NCBI GenBank assembly: GCA_036172245.1
Contig: JAYWIR010000062.1
Span: 248,001 to 312,000, forward strand
Direction of reading: 5' to 3'
Source: Raillietiella orientalis
Lineage: Eukaryota
DNA: 64,000 bases
Positions 12,801-25,800 of the stretch are shown here, piece by piece. The first letter of the stretch is position 1. The number at the start of each line of letters is the position of its first letter. Under the pieces are notes generated by a model. The model was given only the letters and a program-made list of their open reading frames with translations. It did not search any database and had not been told where the DNA came from. The position numbers and the translations under genes are program-made.

Positions 12801-14513
12801 TCCATGGCTCCAGCAAGTGCGTCAGCATTTCGTTCCCTTCTTCTGATTCCCCTGTGTCATAACCCGCGGCACCATCATCTCAAAAAGATGCCGAGTTTTC
12901 CCTCTGGGAGCGACGCGAAGACCTCAGGAAGGAATGATCTGTCTGATAGGAGGGACTCAGGGACGGCTCAGCTTTTTTCCTTCTTCCTGTTCTTGTTTTA
13001 CGGTTACTGATGTCCTCACCTCTCGAATATCCGAAAGAGCCCTAACACTCCTGAGAATGCGGCGCGAGGGACTTTTGTAGGTCCGCGTTAGAAGTGACGG
13101 AGGCGTTCCTAGCGGCTGATCCAGCTAGGAGCTCTCGGAAGAAACATGCCTGGAGCTGATTCGAAGTCCCCGGAGATGACTACACGGAGAACGGAACAGG
13201 AAGGGAGGATGGAAGAACGGAGGAGAGCTCATGGGAGGAGCGCAGTGTCAACGGGGGACGAAAGATGTTCCAAACCAACGAGAATTCGTTTGCGCTCTCC
13301 AGAGATAGTTGATTTCGGGACCTGGAGAAGCAGGGGGAGGTGGGCGGAAAAAGTGAGGAGATGGGGTGCGCGCATGCCAAAAGGTGACCCATAGTTGGAA
13401 GCGAGTCGTTCGGAAGCCATGGAGACGGAGCGGGAGAGCAAGCAGAGAAAAATGCGACTGGGAGATGGTCTCGGAAAGGAAAACATGGAAGCGACGCAGG
13501 AGGCCGGGAAGGCGTCGCCGCAGCGAGTTCCGCCTTGATGCTCGTTCCAGCTCCGAGGATCGCCGGACGCCTCGACGCGTGAGCAGATGGCTGCCGCCCT
13601 CATGCCTAAGGGAATGAGCGCTGGTTGGTGCTGAGTGCCGCACTAGCGACCTTTGCCAGCACTGCTGGCCACCTCCATCACTCGCGACGTGTGCAGTCGG
13701 ACGGGCGTGAGAGTCGGAAGCTTTAGGAAAACGGGAAGGAAACTGGCACTATCGGACGGTTCCTTCCCACTTCCACCTCACGGAGGAGTCAGCGAATTCG
13801 TGCATTCTCTTAGAAAGGTCACAAAGTGGACGGAAACTCTGTGGGATGCCTTCCCGCGGTCCACGCAGTGCAGTCAGTAGTGGGCGACTACCCACTACCG
13901 TGTGGGACGGAGTAAGGGCAGCTCGATCATGCCCTTTCGCAGTCCGCAACCTCCAGCGGGGTGCGCGTGCACAGCAACACAGAGACTGCCTCTCGGACCC
14001 TTCGCTTCCTGAGCCCGATGTCCCGTCCTTCACAGGAGAAGTCCCGACGACGTGCGCCCTGTGCTCGATGCACGCGCACTCGAGCGGTGACGCGCACACC
14101 TCACATCCCCTCCGTGGTCTTTTCTGCACTCGGACGCGCCCGATGGTCGCTCTCGTCCACAGGCAGCGCCACGTCCGCGATCTATGCTGCTGTCTGTGGG
14201 ACATGGATGCGACCCCCCACACGGAGGCGTTCGGTCCTGTGTGGGCTTCGAATGTGCAAGACAACTAGAAGGGAGGGAGGGGAGGGAATGGCTGGGGCAG
14301 ATTCGAGCGGAGAAGGTGAGAAAACGAGGACCTGGAATTGAGATGGCTGCGACAGGCACAACTTTCGGTGGGAAGGCGGTCATTGCCAGAAGTAAGGCAC
14401 GGCGCACGCGTCGCCGCCTTTCCAGAGCAGCAGGCTTCGACGTCCACGCGTACCCACGGACCCTCGTCCTTTTCTTCACTCTCCCTGCGTCCCTCCCAAG
14501 GTAGAGATCCTAC

Positions 14514-15819
14514 CTGACTCGTGGGTGAAGATGGCGTTCCTGGCCTCGCCAATGGAGTACAGCGGCTCAGACTCGACCTCCAGCAGTCTTTGCAGCATGA
14601 GGTCCACTACGCCGTCCAGGCTGTTCTCGGCGACATCCAGCAGCAGCACGGCCTGGTTCAGGAAACGGATGACGTCCATAGAGGCGCGCACCTCTAGCCC
14701 GAAGTCCTTCATCGGAATCTTCTGGAAAGTTTGAAAGACGATCTCAACTTCCGGATGCTCCGGGAGGCTGGGGGGACGGCGACTGCGGTCCTCAGAGCGG
14801 GGGGACGCGGAGGAGGAACGAGGGAGCGAGGACCGGTGGTCGGTGGCGGCGTTCCTGCCGCCGCTTGGAGAGAGGGCGGCTGCTCCCGTCTGAGCAACCG
14901 CCGCTCCGTCGCCACCTTCGTCGTCGCTGTCCACGCGGATGTCCGCGCAGCTCCGCAAGGGAGAGGGACAAATGACCCCTCCACTTCCCGCTTTCTCTCC
15001 ACCGCTAGGGGCGGGGACAGCATCCCCGCCCGCCCAGTTCCGTGCCCTGGAGGCCAGCTGCCAGGAGCCGTACAGACAAGGGTATGGCAGGTTCAGGGAA
15101 CACCGCCTCTTCAGGGCGTGGCAGGAGGAGGAGGAGGAGGAGGAGTTGGAAGGGGGGGCAGCTTTGGGCGGGAGGAAGTGAGGGATCACCGCGGGCCGAC
15201 CGCAGAGCTCGATGGACGGGATGTCTCTGGCGCCGACGTTGTACGAAGAGCGCCGGATCAGGTAGCGGCTTTTCTTGTCCGCGTAGCTGCTGCCTCCGCC
15301 TCCGGCGCTGCCGCGCTGGCCACCGTCTGATAGTCGCTTCAGCTGCCGCAACTCCTCGTGCGTCCGGTGGAGGGCACGTCTCTCCGAGCTCCTCCTGTCC
15401 AAGCAGCAGCCATTGCTGCGGCGGTCCCAGCAGGAGCCAGGAAAGGGTTTCCAGGAAAGGAGCACGCATTCGCACCCGAGTGGTCCCAGGCCCGGTTGCT
15501 CTGCCTCCACGCGATGGGGGTGGTGATAATGGTGGTGCGAACAGTGCTTCCTCGGGGAGGAGGAGGAGGAGGGGCAGGCGCCGCCAGTCTGGAGCGAGTC
15601 CTCGGCGGGAGCTTCCGGGGTGGTGGCGGTAGCGGTGCTAGAGGAGCGCGGTGGGCAGCTTTCCAGACCCGGCAGCGACACGGAACTGCCTCTGGTGGCG
15701 GCATCGTGGTCTGCCGAGCAGGTTTCCGGCTGAAGCTCCCGGTGGAAGCTTCTCTGCCTGTGAATCTCGCCAGATCTGTGCGCTTCCTCCCACGCTGCAG
15801 TCGTCGTCGTCGTTGTCAT
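14514..15819 (-). CDS. SLC4A11: SLC4A11/BTR1-like (sodium bicarbonate transporter-like protein 11), large N-terminal coding exon
   Basis: The C-terminal end of ORF 14476..15819 reads FQKIPMKDFGLEVRASMDVIRFLNQAVLLLDVAENSLDGVVDLMLQRLL...EARNAIFTHES, which I recognise as the start of the invertebrate SLC4A11 cytoplasmic domain. It ends at a phase-1 donor (TCAG|GTAGGA, GT at 14513-14512). The conserved core is about 14767-14514. The upstream ~350 codons are low-complexity and less certain. Confidence 0.85.
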
Positions 15820-16697
15820 CCTCCTCCGCCTCCTCCTTGTGGTTCGAGGGGGTGGTGGTGGAAAAGGGGGGACGGGGAGAGCCTTCTAGCGATCCGCTAT
15901 ACCGCCGGGCCGGAGGTCTTTCCGTGCGCGGCGGCGCACATTCCAGATGAAGGTCGGTGCGTATGTCTCTCTTCGCGGGGTAAGCGGGCCGGGGCCAGGG
16001 AGAGGAAGGGCAAAACTTGATGCTACTTTTCGAGGAGACTCGCTCCCCTCCTCTCTCTCTGCTCCTGAGCAGACGAGGAGGGAAGAGCGAGAAGTGGGGA
16101 ACGGTCAGCAGGCTTCCAGACTCAGGGAAGAGATGATCCCTTCGGTCACAGGGCCCTTTCCGGAATCTTTCCTCTCCCCGCGTTCGGGAAGGTCTAGAGG
16201 AAAGGGCGGGGTGGGGAGCGACCGCTGCGTAGACTCGCAAGCCGCAGGGCTTCCCTGAGCGCGTGCACTTCTCTGGTAGGAAGCGGACATGCTGGGGGTG
16301 CGGGAAGCTTCGCTGTTCGAAGGGAAAGGGACGGGAGGCGGAGGTACGAATACAACTGTCGGGGAGGAACGGATTTAGGAGACAAAACTCTTCTTCTTCC
16401 AGCTTCCGGACGCGCGGAGCCGCACGAAGTTGTAGGTTTTCTTCCTCCTCCTTCTCCTCCTGCTTCTTCGAGGAGAGGGGGGAGGTCGAACTCGTTGACG
16501 AGTAGTTCGAGCTTGCTCCACAAAGAGGAGGAGGAGGGGGGGAAGGAGGAGGAAGTTCCGGGGGCTGTATTCACGTTCACATCAAGGGGAGGGGGGAGAT
16601 GAACAGAGATGGGTGGGAAATGGAGGGGGTCTGCTCTCTGGTCTCCACCGAAACTGGCACGGATCTCTCGCGCGCGCACGTGGCGGCGGCCACTCAC

Positions 16698-16870
16698 AGG
16701 CTGATCCTCCTCGCGAGGCCTCGGCTCATCTCGGACTCTGCCTCATCCGAGACGGGTACTCCGGCCTCCGCCTGCCCGGCGCGACGGCCTCCCGCGCGCA
16801 GGCGCTGCCTCTGTTTCGCCCTGCTTTTCTTTTCGCGCTCCCGGGAATCAGCGACTACACTCTCTCCCAT
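16698..16870 (-). CDS. Candidate alternative first coding exon of the SLC4A11-like gene (MGESVVADS...MSRGLARRISL)
   Basis: Open frame from ATG 16870 to a consensus donor CT|GTGAGT (phase 2). The phase matches a CCCCCCAG| acceptor at 14767 just before the conserved SLC4A11 core. No homology evidence. Confidence 0.4.
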
Positions 16871-19800
16871 GTACCCTTCGTGGGGAGGAGGAAGGAAGAA
16901 GCGAAGGAATGCCTCCTAGCCGATTGGTAAATGCAGGAGGTGAAACGCCAAGGAGCCCGAATGAACCAACAGGGGGGACAGGTCACGATGGGCGCAGGTT
17001 CGCGCTTGCGCGATTTCTGCCGTGTCCGTGCACCAAGCAGGCAGGCGCCGTACACGTCTGGCGAATTCGTGCTCCTCGGTTGGCTGCAGTGGTTCTTCTG
17101 GAGGAGGAGAAGGAGGGGGGGGGGAAGGGAAGGGGAAGAGGGGGGAGGGAGGTATCAGAAGCACGCGTTATATGTACTCACTCGTGCATTCCAGGTTTTC
17201 CAGAGCTAACGTTTCTGGGTGTGCGAGCATCCTCGAGCTTCTTCAACACACACTCTTTTTCTGAACGGGGGATGGGGATGAGGGAGGAAAAATGTGAAGT
17301 CAGCGAAACGCGTAGCGGGATGTTCCCGCGCGCAAGGCAAAATGGAGGGTTCCTCGCGAGGCGAGGTTCATTGTTGGCGCGAGCCGCGCGCCACTCTGCG
17401 GGCGCTTGCGAACTTGCGTAGGCCTCTCTGCACGAGCTTCGGGGATTCCATATTCCGACGAAATTCGAAAAAAGGGAAATTCCAGAAATCGGAAGCTGCG
17501 GCTCCTTGCGCGGGGCGGGTGATGGCAGCAGAACGGCGCTTCTCCTGATGCCCGCCCGATGAGCCCCTTCGGATCGAAGCATTCATTGCCAGGGGAAGAT
17601 TCGCATTTCGACGTCGAGCGCGAAGGGAAAAAAATCGCATGCCTCCCCGCTTGAGGCCTTCCTCCCCCCCCCCCCCTCTTCTTTTTTCCTTCTTCCTCCT
17701 CTCTTCTTGTTCTTCCTATTGTTTTGCCTCTCTTCCTCCTTCTGCTTCTTTCATTTTTATTTGTGGATCCTTGGCTTTTTCGTGAACGTCTCGCCCTTGA
17801 ATTCGTGGATCGCGGTGACTTGGCACCGCTCCGTTCGTGGTGAGCGTGATTCCGCCAGGGCCCATCAAAACGCCGCTCTGCCCCACCTCAGCCACGTGCC
17901 CAACGATCCGCGCTCCCGTCGCGGGAAACGTGCAGAACCCTCACCTCGAACGGGACGCACGCCTTCGAGGGACCTTTCGGGAAACGTCGGGACGCGCTCC
18001 CCCGACTCGCTCGCGCGCGCGGGACGCGCACGAGCGCCCCTCGTCGAGACCGTTCGGCGCACAATTGCGTTTGGCACGGCTGGCGGTCTCAAGGAGGCGC
18101 GGAGGGTGCCTCCCCCCTCCCTGTTCCTCCCCCTCGCTCCCGAGTCGCCCGCCGCACCGCGCCATCGCTCTCGGGACGCGCGCCCTCTCCAGCGCGGAGG
18201 ACGGAGAGGGCAACACGCTTCCCCGCGAGGGTCCGATTGCGGGAACGAGGGACCCTTCCCCCCCCCCCCCCTTGCCCGGCAAGCCTTTCCGAGCGAAGGA
18301 CAGTCCCGCAGGCCGCCCGCGCGAGACGGAGGGGTAGCTCGGGCGGAGGGTAGCAGCGCCACCCCCTTCCCTCCCTCGCCTTCCTCCCTTGGCTTCGCAT
18401 TGCAGAGCGCAGCGGGACCGCGCAGGCTATCCGCTGCCAAAGGGCTACCTCGACGCCGAGAACGACCCCATTATTGCAAATAGAGGGTCGTCCATCAATT
18501 AGGGACAGGAGCGAAAGCTCTGATGGCGGATGAGAGTGCCGGCTCCGCTGGAGCGGATGCTGCGGCGGCCGCCAGTCGGGCAAATCGGGCGAGTCTCCCC
18601 CAATTAACGGAGGCGCGCGTCTCCATTAAGTGGAGGCTCCTCCGCTCCTGACTGCGTGCCGTTGCGCAGGGGGAAGAGGGAGGGAGGAAGGGGAAGCGGG
18701 AACGCCGGCAGCCGGGCTCCCGGATCAGGGGGGCACAAACATGCGGAAAGGGCAGGGGGGGGGGGACGGGAACGCTCTCGAAAGCTGCCCGGCAGAGAGG
18801 GAAGAGCGGGGGCCCGGGGGACGCGCGGCAAAAGCGTCGGGCGTCGGGCACCGGCCCTCCGGGGCCGGATGAAGGGAGGAGGAGATGGATGGGCGACCCC
18901 GATTCAGGAAGAGGAGGAGACCTTCTCAGGGTAGCGCGAACGCCGCCCCGGGAAGGACGGCTCCACCCGGAAGGATGACGGGGTCGACGGAGGAGCCGGC
19001 CGGAGCGCCGCCCGCGCGGGAGCCGCTGCGACTCGCTGATTCGTTCCTGCCAACGGTCGTTAACGGTGGCAAATTAAGGGAACGCTGTCCACAACTGGGC
19101 CCTGTTAGGGCTCGGGGGCTTCTCGCAGGGAATCAATTAAGGTAAGAGTCAGGAGCGGGTCTCGGCGGAAGGAGAAGAGGGGACCCTCTCTCCAGATCAC
19201 GGGATGCTGCGGGTTCCCCACGGGGCGGAGCGACTCCTCGTCAGGGGAGGGGGAGCGGAAGGAAAATCGATCCTGCATCCGGAAGGGGGGAGGAAGGGCG
19301 TGGCCGCGGGGGGCCCACATGGAGCCAGGAGCGGAGCAGATGCCAGGATGCTTTCGCGACGGTGGGGTCGGGAGGAGGGAGGGAGGATGCCAGACGGAAA
19401 TCCCGGCAGAGTCAGTGTCCCGGCTCCTGCTCTACTCCTCCCCCCTGCACATGGGGGTAGGGGGGGGTAAAGGGGAACAGTCACCGTTCGGGACCCTCCC
19501 CGGGAAGCCTGCACCCCGCCGCCTCCTACTGGAAGGGGAAAGGGGGTGGGGCGAAGGCTCGTCCACATCGGCGACGAAGAACATTCCGTGGCTCCCTCGG
19601 GAGCAACGCTGGGGACGGATCCGAACCGGGAAGGCGCATGGATGAGCCGAGAGAGGGAGCAAAGGGGAGAGGGGGGGATCGCTGAAGGGAGGTCCTGCGC
19701 GCGCATGCTGCGATTCTTCCGGAGGTAAATCGACTTGCGCCCGTCGTCTATTGAGTTGCAGAGGAAAAACGCGACCGGACAGTCGGGGGGATGGAGAGAG

Positions 19801-22800
19801 CCCCACGAACCTCGAAGGGAAGAGCATCGTGCGCCCGGGGAACCGCAGCTCGGTTGATGGCCGCATGGTCGGAAACACCGCGGGTCGAAAATGAATGTGA
19901 GGGTCGGGGGTATTTCGTGGCGAGAGATGACCGACCTAGACCCCGAAGGGAGGGTCCGCCGACTCCCTGCTGGGAGGAGTTTGCTTCACGATTACGCGCG
20001 TGAGAGCCTCCAGGATGCAAGCCATGCGTTTCGGGAACAGCCTCCTGACAGCACGCTGGCTGCAAAGAAAGCGAGTGAGCCTTCCGTTGCCATGGGGATC
20101 AGGGACGCTCCGCAGAGGCGCCTTGCTCTCCCGGTTTCTCTCTCGCTAGCTGCTCTCTCACGCACAAGTTCCGGAGCTTGAGGGAGTGGGACGGCTCGCC
20201 CTTGCTCCCTTTCATTGCCATTCCTCGGAGGGTGGATTTCGCCAGTGCACATCGCCTGCTCCGAGGGCACTTGCGAGGATGAAGGCACACACCCCTCAGC
20301 GGGCTCCGGCGCACGTTTCGGTGTGTGCGCCCCCCTTTCCTCCCCCCCCCCCTTCCCTGGCCGGTTGAACCCCTCACACCTCCCGTGGAAAGCTGGGCAG
20401 GCGCTTCCGCAGTCCGGCAATTTCCGACCGAGGTCGGCGCGGAGGAGGACGTCCCTCCGGTTCGGCGGACGCCGGCCCGGACTTGGGGCGCTTTGCCTGG
20501 TGCTGTGAATACCCCTTTCAGGGCTCCTTCAGAATTCCTCTGTACCTCTGTATCAATGCTCCTCTTAAAACCCTTGGACCCTCCCTGCCTCCTCCGAAAT
20601 AAAATGGAGAGGGAGAGACCTTGTCCTTTCTCCTCCCAATTAGTCGGCATCCTTAACAATATCCGTTCCGGGATGATGGGCGGTAATTCAAGTAATGGCA
20701 CAAAGGATCGCGTGTTTTTAAACTGTGTTAATTCGATCGGAGGAGGACTTGGACGCTGCGCCGCAGTTTTAGAAGCTTGAAATCGCATCGACCCCGCATT
20801 CTCGGAAGGCGTCACGTGATCACGCTACATTGTTGGAATTTTCCAATCACAGCGATCCCGCATTGTTGGAGGCATCCATCTTGGTTTCGTCCAGGCTCGC
20901 GCCGGCTCGTTTTGAGATGAGCGCCGACCTACTGACTGCTGGAGATCTGCCATCTGTGGAGCCATTTCAAACGGAACCGGGAATTAGTTGAGCAGACTCC
21001 GAACACAGTTTACATTAAATAGCGCTGCGATGCTGCTTTCGTACACAAATGTTATTTATGAACAGTGGGCACTCCCGGAAGAGTCATTGAGGCAGTCTGT
21101 CGAAGAAAGTGGTCTGCGTCTCCGCAGGGAGTGTATTTTCGCACGTACACTCTTACGCGTAAGCTCCGCTTAGAGCGAGACACTCTGAAGGATTGCCGTG
21201 TTTTTCCCTATCCCGGGAGCGTTTCCTCATCCTGAATGGAAACGTAGGAAGTTTAAATGGCACTCGGGCGGAACAGCATTTCCGTCTGCCCGCCTGTCAA
21301 CGGAGTTTGGCTCGCTGTTTCGGTAGAGGTCCCCGGCGACCATTTGGCGAAGACCGAGGCGCCTCCCCGTGCAACCAAACCCGTAGTGCGCTGGGGTCAC
21401 CGAGGACCGTTCCTCCAAGGACCTTGAGAGGCTCTCCAGAGTGCCCCCGTTTCGCACCCTCCCCCCGGGACGCTGCCTGAGGGTGCCTCCCGGCTGCGCC
21501 CCGCTCTCGGTCCGCGGCCGCTCGTTGCTGCGGCATGCACGCGCCGTTCCGTTCCCCCGGGACGTTGCCCGGCCAGGGTTTCCGGGACCACCCGGCGGCG
21601 AAAGCCTCCTGCGGATCGCGGGGCGACCGATTCCTGGCGCGAGTGCCGCATAGGGCGCGCCTCCTGCCCAGCGTCGCGCCTGCCAGTCCCGTCGCGCGCT
21701 AGCCGGTTTCGGAGACCGGCCCTCGAGGGGCAGAGCCTCGAGCGTGTCTTAACGGCCAGGAAGCGCTCGGGCGGGGTGTCTTCGCTGCTAACGAGGAGGT
21801 CCGTCCTCCGCTGCCTCGCCCGTCCTCTGCTCGGAAGCGCGCGCGCGGCGTGCGCTCCTCGTACTTATCGAGAAATTGCTTCCTTCGGCGACTTTATCGA
21901 TCAATGATGATGGGTAGCTGCCCAGCATGAATCATCCGTTTTTCTTCTTCCCTTCGTTCCTTCTTTTTTCTCTTTTCTTTCTTCCCTCTCCCTGCTCCTC
22001 CCCCTCTTATCAATGGCGTCATTACTTTGTTGGGACTTGATCAAATAATGAGAGGAAAATCATGTGCGTTCCCCGTGAGCTCGGGACCTCGCAAAGATTT
22101 CTTGTCGGCATTAGCTGGCATTAGGTGAGTCATCCCTCCCTTATTTTCCCAAGATTAAATACTCTGGAACAAGGACGCTAACCGGGATTGGTTTCCCTGA
22201 TATAAAATCATTATTGGACGACTAACCAGGGAGGAGAAGACGAAGAAGGAAAGCATCTCATCTAAACTTTCCGTCTAAAAAATGCAGCCCATAAATACTG
22301 CCCGATGGTACATCGGCGGCGGCCATTGCGCGGGCTGCCGGCGCTGCTCCCCGCTAGGAGGACCTCGGAGCCGCTGGTCGCGAAGTCTTGACGGACTGCC
22401 GTGAGGAATCGTTTCCCGGGTGACCGGGGCGCGACCGCCCGGGAGCCTCGCAGCATCCGTCGCGGAGGAGGAGGGAGAGGACCCGGCTCCTTCCCTCCCG
22501 CGTGCCTCCGCGCTCCCGGAGCGAATCGACGGGAGCCGTTTCTTTCGGGACGGGTGGCGCGTGGGGCATCCCCCTTTCTCCCGCTAGAGGCAAAGGAGCG
22601 CCCCTCCCCACCTTCCTCCACCTCTTCCTCCACTGAAAGGCGCCTCGTTCGCAGCGGCAGCAGCCCTCCGGCGTGTCCTGCCCCGACGAACGTGCTGACT
22701 GGTCCGGAGGGGAAGAACCCGTTTACGCCGACTCTCCCGTTGTGCCGAGACGGGAAAGCTGCACGAGGATTCTCCCGAGGGAGGAGGGGGAATTAACGAT

Positions 22801-25800
22801 GGAGCCGCGCCCGGAGAACCTGGAGCACGGGGAGCGCAAGGCGGTAGGGCGGGCCTCACGAGCTCGGGGCGCGCAAGACAGCGAGCAAACCGGTTGGGGA
22901 GGGGGGCGACCCCTCTGACGCGAGGTTGCAGCCGTTCCCCTCCACCCAGATGGTTCCGGCACGGAAGGAGGGGGGGGAAGGAGGAGGCGTTCCCGGTGCA
23001 CCGCTGATGGTGGCGGAAGACAACACTGGCGACCCCACGTTCACGTCCGGAGGGACGATCTGGCACTCGCTCTCGCTCGGAACGGGAGAGGGCAGAGGAG
23101 TTGCGCGCGCATTTTTGCCCGTCGCGCTGCAGGCGCTTCGGGTGACCCGGGATAGGGGGGGTCGCAAGGCCTGCCGGGCAGCAGCTCGAAGAACGCAGCC
23201 GCCGCCGCTGCTAGCCCGACATCGACCGTCATCCGACGACGGAGGAGGCCAGCGAGGAGGAGGGGTTGGGGTGGGGGTGGCTGTTCGACTGGCGAGGGAT
23301 GCCAAGCGGCAGCGCTTGCAAGCTGCTGCCGCCTGCCGCAGCAGCGTGCAAGTGGAGGGCGGAGTCGCGGCCGAGGCGCCCGGGCGTGGAGGGCTCGGAG
23401 AGCCGACGCTTCGGACGCGGGGCGGGGGTGGCAGCGAAGGGCACAGCTGGTGACGAAGGGAGCGCAGGAAGCCGCGCGCCGAACCGGACTGGTCGCGGAA
23501 GAGCGTCCAGGGTTGTGAAGTTCCCCCCTCTGCCGGGAGGAGGGGGGAGGACCAGGGCTTTCGGGGCAGCGAGTTCGGAGCTGGCCCAAAAGAGGGACTC
23601 CCGACCGGTGTGCTGGGCGAATCACGCGGGGGAATCGAGCGCGCCAGGCTGGATGTCCTCCAGGAGAGGACCTCCCGGGAAGGCGGTCCGGAGGCCGTTC
23701 GGGAGGCGGCGCCAGGCTTCGTTGGGATCGGAAGGGAAGCGGGGGGAGGGAGCGCGGAGACGGGCAGCGCGTATCGATTCCCCGAGAAGTCCCGCTCTCT
23801 CCCGGAGTCCCCGCCGCCTCTCGCTTCCTGGAGGATACGGGAAAGCGAACGTGTGCCGGTTCCGAGCCGGGATCTTCCAGTCGGACGCGAAGAAGGGAAG
23901 CATCGAGGCACTCCCGGAGCCAGACGGTGGCGACTTCTGCCTTTGCACTCTCGCAGAGGCCCACGAAGGCACCGACGCTTGGGGAGGAGGAGGAAGGTCC
24001 GTGGAGGGCTGCTTCTCCCCTCCCCCTTTTCTTCACACCCGTCGCGGTGAGTGAGCCGGGACCCCGGGAAAGAAGTGCCTCAAGGTCGGGCAGCGAGGGG
24101 CGCTCCAGGAGAAGGCGCTTGCACTGCCTGGGTCTGCGAGGCGAACGGAAGGAACGGCAGGGGAGGTCAGGGCGGCAGCCCGCTTATTTCTTTCGCCTTT
24201 TACTAAAGAAATCCGTGTGCGGGGGCGTCTAAAAGAGCATTCATGTAATTTTTGTTGTCCCCTGATATGGCGCAGAGCGGAGCCCTTGCTTCACGAGGGA
24301 TCCGGGAAGAAGAAGGCGCGAGGGAGCTCGCCCTCGGGAGTCGGCGGAGAGAAACGAGACCTTCGGGGTGGGGTTGGGGCTCCCGAGGGCAGCAACCTCA
24401 AAGAGGCGCCTTCCTCCTCCCTCCAGCAGCCTCATCGCCTGCCCCCACGCCGCCCTCTGGATCACGGGAAAAGGTTAGGGGGAAATCTCCGGACTGAAGA
24501 GGTCGCTTGTGTCCTTCCACCGCGTGGCTCGCGCGCGCGGGGTTCTTCCCTGCCTCCGCCTCCTTCCGGTTGCGGGCTGGTGAACTCGGGCCCAGCTGCC
24601 CCCGCCCTGCTCATACTCTTCCCGTCGTTCTTGGACTTCCCCCCTTTCCCAAGGGAGGGCTCCACGAGGTGTGCCGATGTCACCGGACATGCAGAGGATG
24701 AGGAGACAGCCGCGAAAGAGGGAAGAGAGGAGGAGGTGGGAGGAGGAGTCCCTCTGCGATCCCCGAAGGAGGAGGAAACAGCGTTCCTCGGCCCCCGCGA
24801 ACGAGGTCTCCGGGACCCATTGGTTCGGGGACAGCGGGATGTCGGGCTCCTGTACTGGCGGGAACCTCCTGGGTAGGAACTGCGGTGCTCCTCACGTGGG
24901 AATAAAAAGTACTTCCTAGAGTTTCTCGATGCTGATTGTCTCGCTGCAACACCCCGGGGTCGATCCCGGAGCCCTTCTGCCCCGAGGGGCCAGCAGTAGC
25001 TCCAGACGAGCCGGTGGTCGCCCTTTTCCGCTCCCGACACCGCGTCTACCGCCTCCGTTGCCGATTCATTCCCCTTCCCTTGCGTTCCCGACCCGTCAAG
25101 GAGGGTAGGATGCGCGCACCAGCCGCAGCTTCTGGATGCACCAGGCTCCAGAGCTGGACCGTCCCTCAAGACGCGCGGCCCCGTGGCGCCTCGGGCTCTC
25201 AAAGAGAAGGTCTACGGGACCGCGTGCCCAGGGGCTGCTCCCCGACGTCTTTCCGTCGCCACCCCAGGACGTCGCCTCTCCGCGGTGATGTGCACGGAGG
25301 GCGCACAGGAGCCTCCCGAACGCCGCTACCCAGCTGGCGTCCCCCTTGCCGAGGACTCTTTCAGCTGCGATCGCTGGAAAGGGGATAAGGCAGCAGCGTC
25401 ATATCGTTCGCGGCTGCCTTGGGGCAGCTTTTGCAGGATCACTGGTCCCGTCCAGCACCCCGCGCTCCTTTTCGGGAGGAGCCGTCCGGCATCCGGATGG
25501 CTCGCTCGCTCTCGAGCGCGACATCAGTCAGAGGAGATCCCCGGATGGTCTGCGCTCGAGGCAGGGCCCTGCGAAACAATCGCGGCAGCAGGCAGCCGGG
25601 ATCCAGGAGGAAGTGAGGAAGGGAGTGTATCTGCAGCGGCAGATACGTCTGCCGACGTCGCAGCCGCCTTCCCGCCTGTCCTTTCGTTCGCTCGCGAGTC
25701 CAAACAACAGGAGGAGGGGATGGCAGCGGGACACCAGGAACGTTTGCAAACAAGGCCAAGGAATAGCAAATCTTGCCGCCTCGAGAGGGGGGGGAGGGGT

